64,000 nucleotides of DNA from NCBI RefSeq assembly GCF_000143415.4, contig NW_003314278.1, positions 2,376,408-2,440,407 on the forward strand, in the 5' to 3' direction. This document shows, piece by piece, positions 1 to 10,450 of the stretch (position 1 is the first letter of the stretch; the number at the start of each line of letters is the position of its first letter). This stretch comes from Selaginella moellendorffii. Its lineage: Eukaryota; Plantae; Lycopodiophyta. Made by a program: the position numbers and the translations under genes. Below the pieces are notes generated by a model. It did not search any database and had not been told where the DNA came from. It worked only from the letters and a program-made list of their open reading frames with translations.

Positions 1-1
1 G

Positions 2-196
2 CTCAACTCAGCCGTCTACCCGGGTGGTCCGCCGGTGCCGGTTCCAAGCCCGAAGCTCCTCAAGTACGTGGACATAACCGAGATGACCAAGGGAGCCCAC
101 GACATGCCGGGCCATTGGATAGTAACCGGCGCGAAGCTGGACGTGGACAGGGGCCGGATAGCGCTACGCTTGAAGTACTCGGTGCTGCATTATTGA
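2..196 (+). CDS. 3' end of a plant MACPF-domain protein (CAD1/NSL1 family), truncated by the window edge
   Basis: Frame 2 reads LNSAVYPGGPPVPVPSPKLLKYVDITEMTKGAHDMPGHWIVTGAKLDVDRGRIALRLKYSVLHY*, the characteristic C-terminus of plant MACPF proteins. Confidence 0.85.
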   Translation, partial: LNSAVYPGGPPVPVPSPKLLKYVDITEMTKGAHDMPGHWIVTGAKLDVDRGRIALRLKYSVLHY

Positions 197-716
197 TGTA
201 TAATTGGAATCGCGCGCGCGGCTTGATCATCCCTATCCCCTTCTTTTGACGCAAAGTTGGCGATCTTCTTCGTTCGTTACCTTGTGAAAAAAATTCTCGC
301 ATCAAAACGTTGTATTTAGTATTGATACAATATAGTTGTTATTGTTTGCGCACACGCATTGATTGATGGAAGCTTGGACGACCGTGAATCACGATAATGG
401 TGGGGAAAGGGATAAAGGATCCTTAAACCTAACCAGCGAACGTGGAAATTGGGGTGCTGGAGCCCTAAGGGAGATGCGGCTCTTTCGTACGCCGGTACGG
501 TAGGACACAGCAAGCGCTGCGACGGAGCGAGCGAGCATGGGAAATGGGGGTTTTGCGCCCCGGCGCCACGCCAATCCTCGGCATTCTCACCGCTCTCTCG
601 GCGCGATGTAAGCTCTCTCTCGATTCTTTGCTCTCGATTTCACATTCGTCTCCTCTTCTCTGCTAGAATCCGGCGGCGCAGCTCCGATATTTTGATCTAG
701 TTCTTGCGCGATCGGC

Positions 717-2066
717 ATGGGTGTGGCGCTCGCGCCGCACAAGAATCCGCAGCAGCAGCAGCAGCAGCATCCAGCGCCGGCGGAGCCGCAGCAAGACTGC
801 GCGAGGCTTGCATGCTGTCGCCGCTGCTCCTCGATCCCTTCCTCGTCCTCCAAGGAGAACAGCCGGCCGAATCAGGAGCTCGAGCGCAGCGCCAGGGCTC
901 CCCAATCTTCGGCGTCGTCGTCGCCCGCGGCGGCGGCGGCGATGCCGGTCACGGCGATCAAGAATCACAAAAAGAAGAAGAAGAAAAAGCCGCAGCATGC
1001 AACAGTGGCGCCGCCGGCTGGATCGTCGTCACCGCCAGCGTCATCTCCGTCGTGGATCGAAGAGGAGGAATTCGTGTCTCTGCTCAAGGCCCAGGATTTG
1101 CAGCCCACCGTGGAGGCGCTTCGCTGCTCCTGCGCCGCGAGCTCGCAGCACCAGGATCTGGCCGAGATCGACAAGGTTCTCGAGGTAGTGGCGCCGAAAG
1201 TCTTGTCCACTTCGTGCGCTAGGAATCCACCACCTTGCGTGTGCCGGCTCAAGAACCCGGGGCGTTTGCGGAAGCTCTCGCTCCAATCCGTGTGGGACTG
1301 GTTCGAGGAGCCCAGCATCTGTGGGATCCAGGTGAAATCGTGCGGAGAAGGCGACGATCGCTTCGATGCTTACCTGGTGCCTTACATCTCCGCCATCCGG
1401 CTGTTTGGGAACCGATCCGACGAGACCGTGCCGCTCCTCTTCGAGTTTTACGAGACCGAGCAGCTCACGCTCCGGCTTCCACTCCACCACAGGTAAAGCT
1501 CTTTTCTTTTGAGTTTGTATCGGACTTTAGCTTTGTCTCTAGAATCCAGGAACTTCTCAAGGAAAATCCCAGCTCTTGCATCATCAATGGCGACCCTACA
1601 CTTCTCGAGCGGTGCTCGTTTCGGAGCCTTCATCCATCATCTTGGTAAGCTTGCGTACTTTGGTTTCTACTCTTTGGTGTTTGGCCTTGAAAGCTATCGA
1701 CATTTATCACAGGTTTGCCGTTGCATGGTATCCAATCTACAAGGTTCCAGAGGGCCAGTTCCGCTGTGTCTTTCTAACGTACCATTCCCTGGGTCACGTC
1801 CAAGCAAGTGGATCCCTTCCGGTTCTTGGCCTCCAAACTTACCACTGCCAGGTTTGCCTGAAACATGCTCATATCGTTTCTCCAATCTTTCACAGGTCGA
1901 GCAATGGTTCACTCTCAAACAAGGGAACGAAGATTGCTCCGAGACGCTAAAGCAACGATTGACAAGCCTTGATCGTGCTGCTCTAGTCATGTCGAGAGGA
2001 TCGGACCCCGTGTCTCAAAAGTTCCAGCACTCGGACTACGAGTTTTTTACAAGCCGAAAGTACTGA
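717..2066 (+). CDS. DUF789-family protein (spliced, short GT-AG introns)
   Basis: Motifs LQSVWDWFEEPSICG, YLVPYISAIRLF, LFEFYETEQ..RLPL, FAVAWYPIYKVP, FLTYHSL and terminal HSDYEFF join across introns starting at 1493, 1644 and 1852. Confidence 0.8.
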
Positions 2067-2245
2067 CTCCCCTCCTGTATCCTAAGCTTACAGACACTCG
2101 CACACGTCAGTGTGTCCAAATTTTGATCGCTTTATAAAACTGGAAGTTACCTCCGTCCACCAACACAATCCTTGGTGTATTTGCTATCGAAGATCGATCG
2201 GCCTTTACATCATCTATATCCGTGGGCTGTTCTTGCGACGGGTTT

Positions 2246-4119
2246 TCAGTGTACGCCAGTCACCGTCTTCCCCAAAATCCAGAGCACTAGCGAGAGCTCA
2301 AGTGCGAAGAGTGTGTACAGGGATCCTCGGTCCAGCACGAAGCCGTAGACTGAAATCCCCGGGGAGTTATGTTGCAAGTATCTCACTGCGAGCAAAAGAA
2401 AGAAATATTACTCGAGAAAGTTTTAAGGAAGCGCAGCTCCAGGTACTTACGAAATGACTGCTGTTGCCTAAAGTAACACTCGTTGTCGTAATGCGAATCC
2501 TGGCTCTTCGCAGAGAACAAGTCGCAGGCCTTGATATCGGACTGTTGTCTCAGCAACGGGTAACATGGTGGAGTCGCGGTTTTGAAGGCTGGCTTGTTAA
2601 AGTCGCTTGTCATGGCGCTGCACGTCCACACCGCATGCCACTCGCTGACGAGGGAGATGAGTTTCTGGGCTCTGTGCGTGATCTTGGAGGCCCCATTCAT
2701 GCAAGTCAGGATCCCGGAGAGCTGAACCGCAGAGGAAACCTGCAAAGTTCGCGCTGAAGTTAGAAAACAGAAGCTCCCAAGCGGGAGGTAAGAGCTATAC
2801 TTACTGCTAGGCTGCCTGCGATGAAGAAGTGGACGCTCTCCTTGTATGATAGGATGAAGAACAGCGATATGAACTGGCTGCTGGTGATGATGAACATGCT
2901 GGCAAGGATGAAGATCCGGCACCTGTGGCTGATCTTGAAGAGCTGCTTCCGGATCCTTACGTGCTCCAGCAACAGCTCTGGAACGTCGAGGCTCTTGGCC
3001 AGGAGCGTGCTGTAGCCTTGGAGGCGCAAGATTTGCAGGGAACACATGAGCCGGAAGAGCACGCACATGAGCAGGAAGACTCCGGCCTTGTAGAGCCAGG
3101 AGAGCATGACCAAGGTGCACATAACCGAGCGGAGGGCGGGGCCGTGTGGGATCCCAGGGAGCGCGACTGTGGCGCGCGAGAACCACCATATCTCCCGGAC
3201 GAGCTTCACCACCATTGATGGGAGGATGATCATGGCCAGCAGCCGGAAGGCAAACTGCGAGACAACAAAGAAAGCGTAATTGGATGAATCAACGCGAACT
3301 TAAAAAACGAGAGTTTTAGCTAGATGAATAGATGACTCATATGCAAGTTTTGGATCGTCCTGGTGCACGGAAAAAGAGAAAGAAAGTAGAGAGTTCAACC
3401 TAGACTCAACAAAAACAATCTTCTAAATCGCGTCCAAGTGGCAACAAGTGTCGGTTGGAGCTGAGATGATATTTGCAATGAACGATGCAGACAAGCAAGT
3501 GCTATGCACCAGAGCAATATGTAAACGAAAGAACTCAGATCAAGCACACCATAGACCACGAAGTTAAAAGATCAAAGGAAGTTCTTACGTTAACTTTGGC
3601 TCGGTAGTTCTGTTGTACCTCCTGGGACTCTCGATCCAGCTTCTCGAGCATCAAAACTTTGCGAAGGCCGTGCCGCCTGAGGAGGAAAGAGAGGCAAGCA
3701 AAGGATACGATCGCCAATGCCGACTCCGAGACGTAGACGAGCCTCTCGAATGGGAGCTGGCGGTGGTAGCATCTGGAGCAAGAGGTGGCCACGCTATTGA
3801 TGACCGGCAGCACGATTGCAAAGAGGAGAAAGATGATCCAGGAGAAGGCGATCCTCACCGGCGTCGATTGATCCAGCCCAATCCATAGGAGGCTTAGCCG
3901 GAAGCGCTGGAGCTCGTCGCGAGGATTGGACAGCAGGCGGCATAGCGATCGCTGGTGGTGGGCGTCCGGCGGCGAGCCGCCATTGATTTTGCCCTCTTCG
4001 AGATCCCAGGTCACCGAGCGCCGGGGGGAATCCGAGCTCGCCCGCAGCGATCGATTCTTCTCTGCCAGCAGCGCCACCGCCGCCGCGGTGAAATCGTTGT
4101 AGATGTCGTGATGCGCCAT
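2246..4119 (-). CDS. DUF3537-family multi-pass membrane protein (spliced)
   Basis: DELQRFRLSLLWIGLDQS, GLRKVLMLEKL, HVRIRKQLFKISHRCRIF, ASKITHRAQ, C-terminal GISVYGFVLDRG..LWILGKT; stop at 2246-2248. Confidence 0.85.
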
Positions 4120-4497
4120 GGAACCGGAGAGGATTTCGCCAAGGAACCAGATATTTCGAGCCTTGGGTGGATCCCTTCGATCGATCGCTGTGCAATGCGG
4201 CCGGGATTTTGATGCGCGAGCTTGCCTGGAATCACGATCGAGGCGATCGAGGCGATCGCGGTGGCGCCCGGCACATGAGAATCCACATGGAGTGGCGCCT
4301 TTCTTTTAGAGTCCGCCCATGGACTCTTGTGTGCGCTGCTACAAGGGAGAACTTTTTGTTTGCGCGGAGGGAAACGCGATGGTGCCACGTGGTATGGCGA
4401 TTCACCGTCGCTTTTATTTGCTGTGCTTTCTAAAGCACGGGAAAAGAGCTGGAAGAAGGTGCGAAGGCTTTGCTTTGCCCTAGAACAAAGAGAAGGG

Positions 4498-5370
4498 ATG
4501 AGTTTTAGGGTTGGAGGGGGGATCCAGCGATTTGGATCCAGGATTGTCCATGCCAAGGACGCGATCAAGGACACATTCTTGTCAACCAAGGTAAGCGACT
4601 AGATCGATCATGGATTTGAGCTAGAGGTGGATTGAGCTAGAATTCTTCCTTGGGGCGATTTTTCTAGAATGTTTTTGAGCAACACAAGCTCGTCTTTACC
4701 ATTGGGACTTCGGTTCTCTCGGCTGGGGCTGCTTGGGCAGGTGATTGATTTCTAGGATGGATGTTTGTACTGATCTCTTTTCGTTTTTAATTTTTCTTTT
4801 CTTCCTTGTTTCTAGGCTACGTGGGGCGTCAAGTTCATCAGCAACATGTAGAAAATCGGCTCAACTCCATAGAAAACGCTGTAAGTTTATCGGCATCTTG
4901 GACAATTTCCTCTCTTTTCTCGCTCAACTTGAAAAATTTCTCTTTTTCTATTCTAGATGAAATCGCAAACGGGTTTGCCAGAAGATGAAATCCTGGCAAT
5001 GACGAGGAGGGGCGTGAGCTTCAAGACGTGCTTTGCCTCAGTTGGAACGGCATCAGTGATCACGTATGGTTTTCTCTAGAACGTTTTGGTTTCGGTGCTC
5101 AAAGGTGTGATCCATTCAAACAGGTACATTCTTGGCTTTAGATCCGGGAGAAAGTTCACGCTGGCCAGAATCGAGAAGCAAAAGCAGCGGCTCCTGCTAG
5201 CCACGAACAATCCCAAAGTTCCAATCTCGCAGCGGCCGATAGCTCTTAAGCTCCAGCAGAGATTGAACGCTATCAAGATGCGAACCAGCGGCTGGAGGAG
5301 GAAGAAAAGTGGTAGCAACCAGCAGAAGAACGTCCGGGAAGAGGAAGAGCTCTATCCGGGTTGTGCATAG
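4498..5370 (+). CDS. Small protein of unknown function with hydrophobic segments (5 exons)
   Basis: Exons join through canonical GT-AG sites: MSFRVGGG..DTFLSTK|NVFEQHKLVFTIGTSVLSAGAAWAG|YVGRQVHQQHVENRLNSIENA|MKSQ..VIT|YILGFRSGRK..YPGCA*. Confidence 0.7.
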
Positions 5371-5918
5371 ATAGATACATCGATAGATCGATGGGCGACG
5401 CTGCAATTTTGATGTACAGAGATTTCTAGCTAAAGATCCGAGATTTTGTGTGTCTACTCCCTCATAGATCGTCAAATTTTTCTCAACACTGCGTTTCAGA
5501 CAAGGCTGAAATCTTTTTGAGTGGTAATCACAGGGAGACGATGAGATCCAAGCCATCAGAAGCAATCAATCAGCTCTTATCCTCGAGCCCGCGAGGAGCT
5601 CTCAGAGCCACTGCGCATAGAATTGTAGCTCATCACACGGCAGGAGCCCTAATTTCTGGCAAAATTTTAGGGTTCTTCCGAATGATAAACCCTAGGAACA
5701 GTAAAAGCGATTCGAACCACAAACTTTCGAACAGTTCGTATTGTGCTTTAGGGTTCTTACGAGTGCGTGGAATCGAAGGAAGGAATGCTAGGTAGGAAAT
5801 CTCTCGCGGGCATGAAGATCGCTGGGGGCGCTGGTGATCGGCAGTGATCGGCACGCAGGGGCTTCTTCTCCTGTTTTTTTTCGGTGTCGTTTTGGTTGCT
5901 CTTCTTTCTTGATCAAAG

Positions 5919-7850
5919 ATGGCTATGGTAGAAGCGCGAGAAGATTGGGGAAAAACCTCCGACCTCGCATGGAGCAGCGGCGTGGCTCCCTGGTCGGTGC
6001 TCATCGCGGGCTTGCCCAGGAACTCCATGACGTCGCAGGCGCTCCAGAGCCTGGCCAGGGAGGCGGTGGGCGGATTCGAGATGGTCCCGGACGGCATGGA
6101 GCTTGTAAACTTTGCGCGGATCTTCTCTCCTCCCGGCGCCACCGCCGAGGAGGACTGCGCCGTGGTAGGCTTCTCCTGCGAGGCCGTGGCGGAGCTCTTC
6201 CTGGATTCGTGGCCCGAGCTCCAGCTCCCGCATGGCATCGAGAGCACCAAGTTGACGTTCGCGAGGAACTTCCGGTCGAGCAAGAGGGTGGATTCCAGGC
6301 AGGAGATAATGCACGACTTGGTTTGCTCGGCTCCGTCACCCCTCGAGGAGAGGTTTGTGGTTTACGTGAGTGGCTTGCCGGAGGAGTGGATCGATCAAGC
6401 GCGGCTCCGGGACTACTTTGCGCAGATCGTCAAGGAGTACCAGAGCGAGGAGGTGGTGAGGTCGGTTCACGTATCGTCGCTGCTCAAGGACGCGTATGTG
6501 GAGCTCACCAGCGACGTGACGGCGGATCTCGTGTTCTACAGGAGCAAGCGAGATAGACTTCTGGACAAGATCTCCAAGGAGGTGTTTATGTGTCGTGGAG
6601 TCGGCTCTATCCCCTTGCTCCACTGGAAGCTCCCCCGAATCAAAGCAGCAGCAGCGGAAGAAGCTAGTCTCAAAAATGGTGGCGAGAGTGAGAAGAAGGC
6701 CACCTTTCTGGACTTTCTCAAGAACCAGCCGGGTATTCCTGGAAAGGCTCTGGATCTAAACGTCCCCCCGCCACTGGCAAGCAATCCCGAGACCGCGCCT
6801 CCTCCTCCTCCGGCAAGCAGTCCGAAGGCCGCGCCTCCTCCTCCGGCGAGCACTCTCGAGGACGCACCTCCTCCTCCTCGTCCGGCAAGCAATCGCGAGA
6901 CCACGCATCTTCGTCCTCGTCCTGCTCTCGTTGCTGCTCCATGCGCGGGGAGAGCACTCAAGGTTGAGACCGAGAGGGACGACGCCAACTTCCAGTCCCG
7001 GGCTGCCAACTTCAACGTTGCTCCCATGCAACGGCCGTGCGAGAACAATCACGATAGCGCGATGACGAACAACGATACCATGTCCGTCTGCGACTCGGAG
7101 AGCGTGGACAGCTTTCAGAGAGGCCAGCGCTCCCGGAATGACAGTCTCAACCGCAGCTCCGTCTTCGTTGGATCCCTGGCCGAGCACAACCCGACCAAGC
7201 TCAAGGAGCTCTTCCACACCCTCCTCCGGAAGAGCATGCCGCTGGTGTCGCCCGACTCCATCCGCGTACGCTGGGCTCGGGGGAAGAGCTTCTGCCTGGT
7301 GGGGCTTCGATCCGAGAAGGCGGCACAGATGCTCATGGACGCATACATGGAGCACACCCGAGACGCTCACATACCGGGCTTTCCCCTGGCGATCTACAGG
7401 CACCGGGGATACCAGCGGCCTGGGACGGAGGTTTACAGTGATTCCTCCGTGGACGAGTCCGGCTTGGTGCTCGTCCAGGGGCTCCCCCCGCGTTTACACG
7501 CGTGCCTGGTCCAGGGAGCTCTCACCGAGCTGCTGGAGACGGCGCTGGCTGGCGCCAGGAAGTTCCACTCCAACATGGCCCGGAATTTCTTTTCCTACTT
7601 CAGGTATGATCCGATGTTTGGGACCGCCAGGGTGAGATTCAAATCCCGCGTCGCTTGCGAGCACTTGCTGACGCTCAAGAACTGCCGGCTGGAGCTCGCG
7701 GGTGGCGTCATAAGCTTGGAGCGCGAAGCGTCGCCGCCGGGGTTTGGCGATCACTTGGACCAGGATTTCATGGACGGGAACTGGAAGCGCAAGAGGCCGT
7801 TTAGCGCAGAACAGAGCCACGCCAAGCAAGCTAGACAAAGCTACTACTGA
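5919..7850 (+). CDS. Intronless 643-aa protein with about four degenerate RRM-like segments and a Pro-rich repeat linker
   Basis: Long GC-rich ORF; RNP2-like VLIAGLP, VYVSGLP, VFVGSL, VLVQGLP; RNP1-like KDAYVEL, KSFCLVGL, GTARVRF; KRKRP near the C-terminus. Confidence 0.6.
   Translation: MAMVEAREDWGKTSDLAWSSGVAPWSVLIAGLPRNSMTSQALQSLAREAVGGFEMVPDGMELVNFARIFSPPGATAEEDCAVVGFSCEAVAELFLDSWPELQLPHGIESTKLTFARNFRSSKRVDSRQEIMHDLVCSAPSPLEERFVVYVSGLPEEWIDQARLRDYFAQIVKEYQSEEVVRSVHVSSLLKDAYVELTSDVTADLVFYRSKRDRLLDKISKEVFMCRGVGSIPLLHWKLPRIKAAAAEEASLKNGGESEKKATFLDFLKNQPGIPGKALDLNVPPPLASNPETAPPPPPASSPKAAPPPPASTLEDAPPPPRPASNRETTHLRPRPALVAAPCAGRALKVETERDDANFQSRAANFNVAPMQRPCENNHDSAMTNNDTMSVCDSESVDSFQRGQRSRNDSLNRSSVFVGSLAEHNPTKLKELFHTLLRKSMPLVSPDSIRVRWARGKSFCLVGLRSEKAAQMLMDAYMEHTRDAHIPGFPLAIYRHRGYQRPGTEVYSDSSVDESGLVLVQGLPPRLHACLVQGALTELLETALAGARKFHSNMARNFFSYFRYDPMFGTARVRFKSRVACEHLLTLKNCRLELAGGVISLEREASPPGFGDHLDQDFMDGNWKRKRPFSAEQSHAKQARQSYY
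6764..6925 (+). repeat. ~36-bp coding tandem repeat (PPPPAS units, about 4 copies)
   Basis: Recurrent cctcctcctccggcaagc units encoding PPPLASNPETA / PPPPPASSPKAA / PPPPPASTLEDA / PPPPRPASNRET. Confidence 0.8.
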
Positions 7851-8379
7851 GGTGAGCACCACAGGTTCTATACACGAAAGCAAAGTCTTTCCCCAGTTTT
7901 ATTAGCTAGTACACTTGTTATGACTTCTTTTATATTTATCTAAGCCACCTGCAGGAGAGAAAAAATGCTGCTTGGCCATCACGTATTTTGACTTCAGCAT
8001 GCGCTCCCTTCCCTTGTATCCCTCCTCGCCATCCTTGAACCACACCGTCACCAACTTAAGCCTTTATGACCCAAATCTTCTTGTTCTCCACTGGTTGCAT
8101 TGTTCTTTCGCTTTATTCTAGCCGCCTTTTCTGTTTCCATTTGATCTTCTTTATAGATGCATAACAACAACGCCAGGCTGTTTTCGGTCATGTATTCTTG
8201 TGTATCGATCTATCTTGTAAGAAAGAAAATCAATAGCTAAAGTTTTTTTTTGTGTGTGTGTTTATTCTGATCAACTAAATTATCAATCGATCAGATACCC
8301 ACTGGACTATCTTCTATAGTATTGACCACCACATGCTTGTGAGGGGACCTTCCTCGCTGTCACCATAATCTGGATTGTT

Positions 8380-8700
8380 TTGAAGAAGAACAAAATCTTG
8401 TTCAGCTACTCTTGCTTGGACAGCCGCCTTAGTTTCTTGCAGCAATTCCTGCCTCCTTCTCATGCTTCCTATTTTCCCTCATTGCCGTGAGCTCTGCTTT
8501 TTTTTAATTTCCTTCAAATGTTTGAGCTCGCAGTAAAATGGAGGCTGGGTTCCCATTAAGGTAGCAAGAAAAGCTATGGACAAGGTTCTCACAGCTGAGA
8601 ACATCCTTGCAGGCTGGAGAATAACAAGTTTATTTCATATTAGTTCAACTTCTATGGTGTATCACTGTAAGCCACAGAGTGAAGATAACTTAAAGCCATT
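8380..8700. pseudogene. Possible pogo/Fot1-like transposase remnant
   Basis: DKVLTAENILAGWRITSLF resembles the NIxAGWxxTGLFP motif after the DDE_1 domain; a charged coiled-coil remnant lies on the opposite strand. Confidence 0.3.
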
Positions 8701-8927
8701 TCTGAATGCTACTGTTGGAGGGAAATGGACATGGACCTCAGCCACATTTCAATGTCAATAGCAGATTTACTACTCATCTCACTATGCTTTCAATTTGCAA
8801 GTCAGGAACCAACACCACAAATGATGTGTTTCAACCATTTCTCCATCTGTCCTTGTGCAAGGAATCTTCTTTATATTGTTCCAATTTTATCTTGTGTCTC
8901 CAAAAAAAAAATTTTCTTAATGGAGCT

Positions 8928-9185
8928 TGTGAGGCCAAGTGTACGGCCCAAGTGTGGGACCAAGTGAGGGCCAAGTGTACAGTTACGATGCCGTATACTA
9001 ATATTAGCATGGATGTGAAGGCTAAGTGTACAGTTACGATGCCGTATATTAAATTAGCATAGTGGGATTTTGGTAACCGTCGGATTAATTTCAATCCGGA
9101 CCACTCGCTCTTGTATATAAGCTAGGGTTTTTGGGCTAATTGATATGCACATTTCTGTATTCCTTTTTCCATATTCCAAGCACTC
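8928..9185 (+). mobile_element. Gypsy family A LTR (9016-9185) preceded by stuttered partial copies of the LTR 5' end
   Basis: Matches LTR 10045-10215; partial starts tgag(g)gccaagtgtac at 8930 and 8965. Confidence 0.85.
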
Positions 9186-10044
9186 TCCAAGGACAATCAA
9201 AGGTGCCCCTCAACTCCACCAATGTGAGTGCTTGGAATATGGAAAAGGGAATACAGAAATGTGCATATCATTTAACCCAAAAACCCTAGTTTATATACAG
9301 GAGCGAGTGGTCCAAATTGAAACTAATCCGATGGCTACCAAAATCCCACTACGTTAATATTAGTATACGGCATCGTAACCGTACACTTGGCCCTCATATC
9401 ATCCCCCCCTCTCAGGATAATGGAAGACTATCAGGGTTCTCTTGTAGACGGGCCGGGATCTGGAGGAACATCAGGAGGAGGCATCGGCGGATCTGTAGAT
9501 GGTATTAACTTCTCCTGATCCCTTTGTATGAAGCGTTTCAACTGTTACATATGCACAATCTCTGGAGGATCGGCCTGCTAGACATCATGCTGAACCTCAT
9601 AAACTTGTGATCCAACTTGCCACAACACCCGATACGGTCCTTTCCGCTGTGCAAGGAGCCCCTTAGACAAACCACGTACCGTAAGATGGGGAAAACGGAC
9701 TAACACCAAATCATCCACTTTGTACTCCGCAGGTGGACGATGACGGGAGCTGTAGCGCTGTTGTTGTCCCACTTGTACGCGGCCTAAGTGTTCGGCAGAC
9801 TCCGCTCGGACAAGTGGAAGAATGCTTGTCAAATATTGATCCCATGACCTAGCATCTGCAGCTCGTGGCAATCGCGAAGGTAAACCCAGCTCCGTTGGTA
9901 ATATTGGATCATGACCATATAGAAGTTTATATAGTGAAGCACCAACAGAACTCTGCACCCCAGTGACATATGCATACCGAAGAGACGGCAAATAACCATC
10001 CCAATCCAAATGCTGAAAGTTCACATACTTCGCAATCATCCCCT
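9186..10044 (-). mobile_element. Inverted family A fragment: integrase 3' part, PPT, LTR (9225-9396), PBS
   Basis: Near-identical reverse complement of 14833-15652, followed on the minus strand by the PBS/leader seen at 10216-10265. Confidence 0.9.
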
Positions 10045-10450
10045 TGAGGGCCAAGTGTACGGCTATGATGCCGTATACTAATATTAGCATAGTGGGATTT
10101 TGGTAGCCGTCGGATTAGTTTCAATCTGGACCACTCGCTCCTGTATATAAACTAGGGTTTTTGGGCTAACTGATATGCACATTTCTGTATTCCCTTTCCA
10201 TATTCCAAGCACTCACATTGGTGGAGGTGAGGGGCACCTTTGATTGTCCCTGAGGAGTGCTTGGATTTGGGATTTTGGTTTAGATCTAGCTTTTGCATTG
10301 TCTAGATCTAGCTTTTTCCATTTCCTTCTTTTTGTTCTTTCCTTTCAGGATTTTGGTTTAGATCTAGCTTTTTGCATTGTTTAGATCTACCATTTCCTTC
10401 TAGCTTTTTGTCATTTCTCTTCTTTTGCTCTTTCTTTTTCATTTGTTTCC

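Noticed and set aside
9578-10090. 170-aa ORF as an independent gene
   Set aside because: It is a chimera of inverted LTR sequence and an integrase fragment
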